From Lingula anatina (lineage: Eukaryota > Animalia > Brachiopoda): DNA of 64,000 nt. Position 1 is the first letter of the stretch, and the number at the start of each line of letters is the position of its first letter. A program made the translations under genes and the position numbers. Below the pieces are notes generated by a model. It saw only the letters and a list, made by a program, of their open reading frames with translations. It was not told where the DNA came from and ran no database searches. Shown here piece by piece: positions 1 to 11,800 of this stretch. The DNA lies in NCBI GenBank assembly GCA_051362555.1, contig CM120640.1, forward strand, positions 45,610,788 through 45,674,787, written 5' to 3'.

Positions 1-2837
1 CGCCCACTATCTCCTTTCTCTTCTTTACCACCATTCTTAGCTTACATAATTTTTGTATTCTATGTCAGACTATCCAAGCCCACGTTATCAGTTAATCTCC
101 TAGTATCATTGTATGAAATATGAAGCTTGTTTCCAATGTCATTTACAGAGGGACATATTCACATTACCCTTGGTGCAGGTGCAAGGCAAAGGGAGCCGTG
201 TTCAAGTCGTCGAAAATGTTTTTGGAAATACTTAAGTTCAACATGCAGAATTGTTAATTCTACAGATTTCTTAAAAATAATAATAAAAAAAAAAATCAGG
301 CAACAGACGTTTAAACGTAAATTTACCCTTTCATTATTTAAGATTGAATAATTGTGAAATATTTTTAAGTGAATACATCAGAAAATCAGCAAGAAGCTAA
401 ATTGACAAGATTATAAATTATAAATAGTGAAAACAATGTGTATATCTAATCGAAACATTTCTCTGAATGAAAAATATTTACGTTGCAGTTAAAACAATCA
501 CCATTTTGAAAAAAAAATACAGTGCGAGACAGCCAAATGTAAATGGAAACTATATACGTTATGTAAGACAGGGTGGTGTTAAACAGGCAGGTATGTTTGT
601 AATGTCATTTAAGTTACATATGGTTTGTTGTCTATTGTCGTCGGCTGTCGGAGACCAAACAAGGAGATATTCCCGTAGTGGTCACGAAAGCATATGTTGC
701 TGTCTAGTGCCCCGTGCTTTCCCATATACATCTCTGTCAGTCATAGTTGGGCAGATTTTCAGTTGGCTGATCTGAAGTGTTGTTCTTCTGTCTAAACTTC
801 TGTAGTTGTTATTAATAAATAATTCCCCTTCTGGTGTGATGGTTGTATTGAGGTAGCCATTTGGAACATTTTGCTTAATTTCATTCTGTACATGATTGTC
901 AAATAAGAATGCAAACTTCTAACTATATCTATTACGTTGCACAACCGAAATGAAAGAGGTTTCTGTTGTTGCAAATCTTCTGGGGTTTTAAGTAGTCTGT
1001 AAAAATGGCGAAAATAAATGTACACACCAGAAATGAATGCCTGGGTTTGTAACATTACCCCTATATTAGGTTAAACACAGCTTGGTTTCTCTATGATTCT
1101 TATGTACTAAAAGATGTGAAGCAACTTGTAGTATCCAATTTTCAATGGTCACCAAGAAGTGTCAATTGTCACCAAGAAGTGAGAAAAAACAATGGACCTC
1201 TACGCAAGTAAGGATGAATTGCTGTTATCACCACTACCATTCAATAACGCTTACAATGGGACTGAGTGGAATATACACTGTACTTCCTATTATTTTACGA
1301 TATTGATAAAATGATCACTCTCAACTGCATTGCCTTGCATGAGTACCTCAGTGATAACGCTATGTTCTCGCATGTATGAATTTATTTGCAACCTATCGTT
1401 TCCGTTTCTTAGTACACACGAAGCGCAGCAATTCACCAGCAGATTCTGTCTCGATTACTCTAAAGTGCAACTGATATTTTTCCAACACTGACCGACAACT
1501 GATTCCATAGTAGATGCAGCTCAGTATAAAAATGTCGCTGTGTTGTTCGGTGTGATCGAGTCCTAAGAAAAAAATCTCGATCTCACAGGAAGCTAAAAAG
1601 CACACGGACTTTAAATGTTATTGTCTTTGTTTACGAAATTGATTATTCAACAGAATACTAGTAGTGTAGTGTGTTTAATATACCACACGTAACGAAAAAC
1701 ATACTTGAACAAGTACACAAATGGTACATGAAAATTCAGAATAGAATACTGTACATAAAAGTAGAAAAATGGTCGTATTGAATTCCCCGATCAATACTTG
1801 TACACGCAGCAAGTTAGTTGGTTTGTTGACATATAGGCAAACATTTTGGTGTATAGTTATGAAAGAAAAAAAGATAAATATGCCCTGAGAATAACAACAA
1901 AGATTAGTTTTACACGTAAATCACCGCACGCAGAGATGTTCTGCCAGCACGACCGACATCACTTAAGATATTAGTTTTTCCTTTTATTTTGTTTGCCGCC
2001 ATTTATGTTCATCAACCAGAAAATCAGGAGAAAGGATGAACAGCTGCATGTATGTATAGATCACTGGCTAACAATGTACACATTTAATTGATGGCTCTGT
2101 CACAGGGTTCATTTTTTTTTCAAATCATGACAAACCTAAGCTTCCAGAACCTTCCGACCATCAAGCTCCAAGCACAGAACAAAAAGCTCTTTGTCCTAGT
2201 TTGATGGTGCGCCGGTAATTATCTGACGAAGCATTTAGCAAAATGTACAAAGCCAGCTAATCAATTTGCTGAAGACTATCAGGTACTAGATCACGAGGAA
2301 ACCACTTTCATTTTCAGCATTTAATTTACGTTTCTTATGCCTGAGTATGCATGTTACGGAATTCCTGTCGCTACCTTGGTTCATCCTAATCAATCTCCCT
2401 AAATATACCGGGTACTAGCCAACATACCAAGCAATAATGGTGGGTGTGATCAATTGAGCATTTCTGATACATACAGAAGATGGAATGCTACCTTTTTCTC
2501 TTTTTTTTTTCAAATGTTTGCGGGCTAATAGGAATTGTACTCATAGCATTGTAAAAAAAACCTTTAACAATGGATGACATTTTCCTCCTTCACAATCTAT
2601 TCAGCATAGGCCTAATGAATACATGTACATGGAAGAACAAATATATAGATTTTCATCATTGAACTTAATGTCTGAAACCACTACATGTATATATTAAAAC
2701 ACAATATCATAGGCACAGCCAACGGAAGCACTTGCAACTATTTTAGTATAATGAAATGAAACTGGCTAACTTCCTGAGTTTGATGTTAACGATTTAAGAA
2801 TTGCCTTTCTTGTTTATTTTCATTTGTTATATTCTAG

Positions 2838-5800
2838 AGCCAATACCTAGCGTTGAGTGACCAGTGCAAGGACTATGCTGTGGAGTTTTTGGACTTGTGC
2901 CGCACAAACGAGGAAGTCATGGCCATACTTAACGGAGACGTTCAACCAGGAAGAGGCGAGGATGATGAAATGGATGACGAAGATATTTTAGCGAATGGAT
3001 TCGTCCGACTTAAAATGGCACTAAAATACGAGCAAAAAAGGGTATGTATTAGTTATTGGCGTTTTAGTTTCGAAGGATCTTTTGCATATTTATATCAAAC
3101 AGCTAAAAGGATTAGTTGTGGAAGAAACCTGCTGCAACAAGACAGAGCACCTCTGTTTCATTTTGTAAAGACAACGTTATGAAAAGGAAATCAAGGGTTT
3201 ACCCTCATATTATCCATATTTCATTTAGTTCTACATGTATTTGCACCGAGAGGGTTAATTATATCACGGCGGTTGTTAAGTAATCCACTAATTGATATCA
3301 CGAAGCAAATCCATTTAATCAGGCAAAAGCCTAAGCATTGATGACACAGGTGGTGCACTGTGAAACGGTGGAACGCTAACTGAAGACGACCCGTGTTCTA
3401 CGTTGATATTTTGTCAAATCATTCCGTTCCATTATGAAAAAAAATCAATATATCAGATCTACTTGAATGTAGCAGATGTGTCCAGTTATTAATTGTTGAA
3501 AAATGGATATTAAATGTATGATAATATCATTGTACGGACATACAAAGGTATCTGTGTTATTTCATGATAAACAAAAAGAGAAAAAGTCATAAAGAGAAAA
3601 TATTGTGCACAGTTCTCTTTGTCTTCGATGTGCCTCTTGTCATTTATGTTGAAATGTTTTATCTTCATTACTTCAAGTTCACATTCCTTCTCATTTTATT
3701 CTGTGTTACAAGCTAAGTGCATTAGACTGAATCATTTGCACAAGGCGACCGTTAATTTCCTAACACGACATCCGATTTAACCATTTTCATACATATTTGT
3801 ACAAAGTGCCTGTAACTTCAAATTGTCGACCCGAACGAGCACAGTTCCTATTTAATTACTCCCCAGCTACTCGAAGAAATATATATGATGTTATTTCCGT
3901 TTCACCTCAATACTTATTACAGAGTAAGACGTTAACTAATTTGCTTTTGCCTTCAGTTCATTGCCCACGCTGCTTGCCAGAGACAGTTATCACTACTGTG
4001 GTATTCCTATGTCCCATGGGTGCGTTACCGGAGTCAGCTTACCATGATGGTCATATTACCTCTGATCATTCTCATATGGCCTATTGCATGTACATTGTAC
4101 ATTCTGTGCCCTCTTAAAAACAAGGTGGGTATTTGTGTCTTTACGCGAATTTAAAAGTTATAAGTTTCAGGTGAGGTGATTGATACAAATATTATTTCGT
4201 ATATATCATTGCGACAGGAAAGGCTTTAAAAGCCTGAAATACATGTTAGCAATAGTTTGACAGTCCGTTAGCATATCTCATATCTCTTTTGGTATTGTGA
4301 CTTTCAATGTACATTGTAGGAGCAAGTCGAATCTGTAATGACAGTACAGAGACGCTGATATGGATATGGGAAATGATATCATTGTACTCTTGAAAGAAAA
4401 ACCTATGCTTTTGTATATAATATTTTCCTGAGGTAATGTACATGTAGCACTTGTTGACATAGGTTCCTTAATAGGGCCTATTGAGTTGATCCTCGGCCGA
4501 TTTTTTTCGTGAACACCTTGGACTTAACTAAACATTTATCGACGTGTTGTGATCATCGACGAAGATTAAGTTGACGTTTTATTAAAGTTAATCTTCATAT
4601 CAAATGACTTTATTATATACTTTGTGGTGTACCTACAAACTGATTGATGTATTTCTATGATAATAAATAACCGGTAAATGCACTTGACGTAACTATATGT
4701 AGCTGGTTAAGTCTCATTCAACTGAAAATAATATAGTACAGAGCCTACGCGTTAACATTTAATTTGTCCTCTTAAAACATGTGATATGCTCTTACACACA
4801 AGTCAGTAAAATGATATTGTTAAAATCAGGGAGATAGGAAATAAAATGTCAGTAATATACATTTATAGATAGATTTATAAAAGGTTTCTTGATATATATA
4901 ATGTACTGTTTTATTCGACTTTTATTGCCTGTACAGCATGTCTGTCTTTGAGATGCACGACATTTTCTCTCTTTGATCTGGTATTTATAAAAAAAAGTTG
5001 TAGTATGCTATACATATACACCGATTATTCAATAAATATTGGACTAGAAGGCGGTTGAATATCTTATAAAATTGTTTTTTTTTTTCAGTTCACCAAGATA
5101 ATGCGAAGCCCATTCGTAAAATTTGTCAACCACGGATACTCTTATTTCATGTTTCTTCTACTGATATTCATAGCCTCAATGATGAAAGGGCACATGTGGA
5201 CGTTATTTCTGTGCGAATACAAAAATGAATTGCCCGCTTATATAAACCTGATGATTTTCATGTGGGTCCTAGGTGGGTATGGTCAGGGTTACTGGCACTA
5301 TTTAGTTGTGCGGACGAATAAGAGGCGATTGCAAAGCTTAAATTTAACTTAGTGACATATTTAAATGTATTTCTTAAGGCGAATTAACACAAAAGCAAAG
5401 CTCTCCACCCTTCAACCCCGGGGCTCTCTCTGTCCACTTAGCAATAACCGATTTTGAATATGTAATTTTTTAAAATACATAATGCTACTGGTATACCAGG
5501 AAGTTTGCCCCTTTCCAGTTTAACATATACATGTATTTATTTTCATTTCAAGCATTGTTGATAATTATAACTAACATTCACAGGTATGCTATGGTACGAG
5601 TGTAATCAGGTCTGGTCTCAGGGTTTGAAGGAACACTTTAAAGACTGGTGGAACTGGATGGACATGACTTTACTGGGACTTTATATCGGCTCGTATGCTC
5701 TTCAGTTGGCGTTTGCCATTCAGTATAGGGAGGCATATTGCCTGCAACAAAGGCACAGCAACACTGCCTCCTACGACTGCGCAAAACTTGACTGCCTGGT

Positions 5801-8800
5801 CGAAAAGGGAAACTGCTCGTCTGTAACTTCTGTTTTCCACGCAAAAACAGGTGAGAATCATTACCACTTCATTTTTGCTCGACCTCAAAAATCTATTGAT
5901 TCCGTGTGTATTCATTATCGTATAACTTGGCAGACAATTAACGTACGAATTCTCTGGAAGCTTGATAAAATATCATTTTAAAAAGGGCAATAATGGTCAG
6001 TGTTGAGCTGGTGTAAATACAAATAATTCAACCTGTAATATATGGTATTGGTCTACATATCTGTATGGTAATGAGGCATGATACACAACTAGATAATATT
6101 AATAGATAATAATACTGGCGTTGCAGTTTGAATAAGAGTAAAATATCTTTTGATACGTTAGTCCAGGAAATTGGTGAAAAATTGTGCATTTTTTACCTAC
6201 AAGCATGAAATTTGGCACACTTATGGACAATAAAATTCTAAGCAAATTTGGATATATGGGCATGTCTGAAAATTCCAAAATGGCCGTCAAATCCAATATG
6301 GCCACCAAAATACCTTTTCAAATTAAAACTTCAAGTACATAGTCTTCTAATGACTTAAAATATCATATTAAGGTTAGAAAACACCATGGTATGAATCCTT
6401 CAGGTGTATTAAATCCAAAATGGCCGCCAAAAGTAAAAAAAGCAGACCATTTATTCAAGATATCCATTTGAATGGGGAATTCATCAAGCACTTAAAACTA
6501 CAAGCATAAAATTTGGCAGGTTTGTGGAAATGAAATTCTGAGCAAGTTTGGATGTATGGGCATATCCGAAAATTAAAAAAATGGCCTTCAAATCCAAGAT
6601 GGCCTCCAAAAATACGGCTTCTAATTTAAACTTCAAGTATATAGTCTTTTAAGGGCGTAAATATCATACAAAGGTTAAAAAACACCACGGTATGAATTCA
6701 GAATCAATATTTGCTTTTTTAGGTGTATTAAATCCAAAATGGCCGCCAATAGTAAAAAGCACTCTACTAATCCAAGATATCCAGCAGAGTGGTTAATTCA
6801 TCAAAAACTATAAGCATGGCATTTGGTACAGTTGTAAAACAGGATTCCAAGCACTTTTGGTTGTATGAGCATGTCTAAAAATTTCAATATATGGCCCCCA
6901 AATCCAATATAGCTGACACAAATACCCGTTCAAATTAAAACTTCAAGTATATAAAATCCTATAATAACTTAAGATAACATTTTATGGTTAGACAAGACTA
7001 TGGTATGCATGAAGTATCAATATTTGATTCTTTAAGTGTATAGAAATCCAAAATGGCCTCCAAAAATAAGAAAAACAGGCCACTCACAGCAGCAGTATGG
7101 TGAATTCATCATGCACTTAAAACTACAAGCATGAAAATTGGCTCAATTGTACAGAACAGGATTCTAAGCAATTTGTTATATAGGGACATGTCTGAATATT
7201 CTAATATGGCCACTAATACCCTTTTAAAGTAAAAAAAGACTACTATATAATCTGACTGACAACAGTCTTTACTCTTTTTTGGTTTTTCGCTCCTTTAGTT
7301 ACATTTAGACCCAAATGACCATAAAAAATGGAACAGGACTCCTTTTGGTCTAGTTGTGACACCACATGCAGCAATTCTATAAATGTCAAGGATATGAAAA
7401 TGTCAAGGTATTTTCACAAATAAGTTTCAAATTAACGAAAGTTATTTTATCAAGTAAGTGTTGCACATTTTATGGGCGGTCAACCTTTTACTTTAGTAAA
7501 TGGACAATATCTCAACAGAGGATAACAGCTAGCTACACCGAAATTTCTACTTATTTGGTTAAATAATTTTCATTCATTAATGTGTGCCTAGTTTTACTAG
7601 TAGTTGTGTTTCCCTCAGCTTTCCCAGTATTTCCTTAAAGCTAAAGCTTCTACATGTAATCCACTTTCCCCAACAAAATACCAAGAGGCATTGGTCGTTT
7701 CTAACACCAGAAAGTATCAGTTAACATGCATGAGGGACAATAGGAATATGAAAGTGTGGTAGGGCATAGTAGTAGATGTAGGTTACTAGTGTGAACCCTT
7801 ATAGGACCAGTCTTCCAATGCTTCTGACTCCCCTCACCACAGTTAGCAACTGCAAACATAACTACAAACAGATGTGGTAGGAGCTACCTGGTAGATTTTG
7901 TAAGCTGGGTAAGTGAATACTCCTCATGGCTTCATTCTGGATTGTCCCACAGAGACAATGATGCCGGAAATCTCATGAATTTTTACCTTTCAAAGTCCAT
8001 ATTGCACTGATTTCTTGGTGTAATCATCAGAATACATCGTTTTTTGAAGTTTTGTATGTATTAACTGTCTGGAGGATTTTAATTCTTTTATTTTCATGTT
8101 CAGTTTTTTGAAAGTATAAGTTTGTAACTAAACAAGTTGCCAAATGATCAAATGAAAACCAAAGTTTGGTGCCTATCAGTGCTTCTTTTTTAGTGCACGA
8201 AGTGTGAAGTCTGCAATGCAACTCTTGGATACAGCACGTATCAACACCTGTCCTCTGTTTGGGGTACAGGTATTTCTTTGCTCATAAATTTTCACTAAAT
8301 TCTCGGTAGCCATTACTGCGAATGTACTAAAGCCAATTTTTAAAATAAGAAGCTTTTCTAATTTACTTTTGAAGCACAAGATAACATCATAACATTATCG
8401 AGTGCAAATGTGCCCCGCTTTTAGTACTTTACCAATGAAAAACATCAAATTGTTGAGACCTGTATGTTTCATTAGCTGTCATTTTTGTTATATTTATGAG
8501 CATTTGATGAAGCGCCATGCACTGATCTAGCTGAAGAATCATAACCAACAGACAAAATTGGTACACCCCAAGTTTTTTATATTTGCCTCTTTAAGGCTAA
8601 GTTATTCTGGTGTTTCTTTCACATTTTATGGATTTTGCACGATACTTTTTTTCTTAGAAAGGGGGAGTCACTCATGAGTGCCATATAAGAAGATTGCTAA
8701 CTGGGAATTGATCTATATGAGAATCCAGAGCAAAAAGTCAAACTACTTATGTTGGTTTATCAAAAGAAGGACTGTTTTCAGTACATAATAAATGTATCAT

Positions 8801-11800
8801 GCTTGATGGTTTTTTAAAAACTCTGTAGAATAGCTCCTGCACAGATAGGAATATGCTGATTATACAGGTAGTTTGCAAAGCCCACATGCCTATTCACGAG
8901 TGATTACAATTCAGTAGTTGTGGTCTGCTGACTTTTGGAGGCCATTTTGGAATTTTAAAACCTTAAGTGGCAGATACTGATACTTCATACATACAATGGT
9001 ATTTTCTAACCATTAAATGATATTTTTATAAAAGACTATACAAATAACTTTCACCTTGAAAGGGTATTTTGGGGGCAATATTGAAATTGGCTGCCATATT
9101 GGAATTTTCAGACATGCCCCTACATCCAACGTTGCTTAGAATCATGTTCTACATAACTGTGCCAATTTTTATGCTTGTAATTGTAAGTGCTTGATGATTT
9201 TACAAAACTGCTGCATATTTTGCGTAAGTAAACTGCTTATTTTACTTTTGGAGGCCATTTTGGAATTCTGTACAGCTGTAGAAGCGGATATTGATAATTC
9301 ATTCATAGCATGATATTTTCCAGCTATAAAATGATATTCTAAACCATTTTAGGACTATATATTAGATGTTTTAATTTAAAAGAGTATTTGTGGCGGCCAT
9401 ATTGGATTTGGCGGCCATACTGGAATTTTCAGACATGCCCATATATCCAAAATAGCTTAGAATTCCATTATCTACAACTGTGGCAAATTTCATGCTTGTA
9501 GGTAAAAAACGCACAATTCACCCTTTTTTCTGCGCCAATTTCTTGGACTAGTAGCATTAATTTCAATTTCTTGCTTGACTTCTTTGTACTTTGACAATCA
9601 ATAATTTGATAAATCAATTACTCAATTAATATAAGAGCCCAAGCATTATTCGTTAAAATGGAAGGCCATTACCATAAATTATATTTTTGCAAAGATGACT
9701 TAATTAAAGATTTGGGCATCAATTTTGTTATATAATAGGCTTAATATCCTAATCATTCTAAATAATAGTTTGGTTTTTGTACTTATAGGCTATGTTGATC
9801 CGAATAAAGCGTGGGAAGCATGGCCCGATCCAAGACAGCTAGCTGACGTCCTGTACGCACTTGCTAATGTGATGAGCTTTACCAGAACGGCGTATCTGCT
9901 GCCTGCCAACGAATATCTGGGGCCGTTACAAATATCTTATGGAAAGATGTTACAAGATACTGTGAAGTTTTTTGTAGTGATTGCTCTTGTCTTTATCACG
10001 TTCATGGTGGGCCTTACAAGTCTGTACCAGGTCGACCGTTGTGAAAATAAGGCTTTCACATCGTTAGTATCAAATCTTGTAATGTTTTGTAGACCCTCGT
10101 TTATTGGTAATTATTCTATGGCGACTTTTCATCTATTAGACTACAAAATTGAGTATGCGATCCATGAATCGTGTAAAAAAAAATGCGCAATACTGGAATC
10201 CGTTATGATAATTTGAACTGCTAGGCCTATTTACAAAGAATTTTGATGATTTGAAAAAATAAAGTAAAATAAAACCTAACCCAATAAGGAAATAAACACG
10301 AAATACAAGAAAAGCCTTACATATTTTAACAAATTTGGTTATCATTATCTTTTAGACCAATAGAGACATTCCGGAACCTGTTTTGGGCAACATTCGGCAT
10401 GGGAAACATCATGGCACCAGAAATCAACGATGCCTATGTAAATTACATCCAGTTTTCCTACCATAAGGACCTATATGCTCTGACCGAGGGAGTGGGATAT
10501 GTTTTATATAGTCTCTACATCATAGCGGTGGCCATAGTTCTCCTAAACATGCTGATCGCCATGATGAGCAACACATTTGAAGGTGTCTATGTAAGTATTT
10601 TACATGGACGAATGACAGAAAACAGGTTTAATGTGTATTTCAAAAGTGCATTTTGTTAAGTTTCTATATTCTTCATTTTAGTTCCTGAAGAATGCACACA
10701 AGCCGGAAGCGTAGGCGCTTTATATCTTATATAGTTGATCTTAATCAGGCCCGTAGCCAGCAATTTCAGAAGGGGGGATCGTTTTCTGAAAAAGTGGACC
10801 TTTTACTATAAAATCTTCAAGTACATAGATCAAATTTTACCCAGAGTGGACCTTTTCCCAGCAAAAAGGATGGTTCTTTCGAACCCCCCGAACCCCCCCT
10901 GGCTACGGGCCAGTTAATCTTAATCTAATTTTTCTATAAACAACCCAAAGTTATTATGAAGATTCAGAGAAGAGTTGGAGTAACTGGCGTTCACTCTCTG
11001 GGGAGGAGAAGAGATGAATCTCTGGATAATGTACATTGCCATAAAATTAAACACTTTGGCAGTCTAACCGCTTGCATAACAAATTGAATCCGTTCATTCC
11101 TTCAGCGTTTTTACCAAGAATGATGACAAGCCATTCATCATCGGCAGTATTTTACGGTACTGCATCCTGTGCTTATTGATCCCGTTATAATGCCCTAACT
11201 TTGTTTTATCCATTTACCTGTCGCTATGGCAGCATGTTATCCATGCAATTATGTATAGTTAACTGTAAATGTCATATTATCACCCTCCTTTCATCGATTT
11301 AATGAAATAGTTTTTCTATATTGGTATGGTCGGGGGTGACGTGAGAAATCCACAGCGTATACATGATGAAAATAATGCAACGTGTAACATTACGGATTCA
11401 TTAATTTATCAAAAAGTGCTACATTAACATATTATTTTGTTAGCTACTCTGATTAAGTCAAACATCGTGGATCGCGGAGACAATCCCCTGTGAACAACCC
11501 CGTGCTCTTGGGCCATACGTGTAATGCAGGCCTGTAGCCAGGGGGGTTCGGGGGGGGGGGGTCGATCCCCTCTGGGTAAAATTTTATCTAGGTACACAAA
11601 GTGTTCATGGTAAAAGGTCCACTTTTTCAGAAAAATACCCTTTTGAAATCGCTGGCTACGGGCCTGCATGTAATTGTGTTATTTTCATGACCTTACAAAT
11701 TTTATTCGATGGTGTATTGAAGGGCAAACGGACTGATGAGAAGCATACAATGAAAGTTTAAATTTCAACAGATTTATGTACTTATATTATGTAATTAAAG

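Noticed and set aside
127-775. ORFs 127-351 and 467-775 as upstream TRPC exons
   Set aside because: No ankyrin or TRP_2 motif, and not the expected ...ENEFK-like ending before exon 2838. Treated as intron.
6099-8379. Short ORFs inside the long-TIR element as genes
   Set aside because: They lie within repeat arms or a stop-riddled core, and no intact transposase is present.
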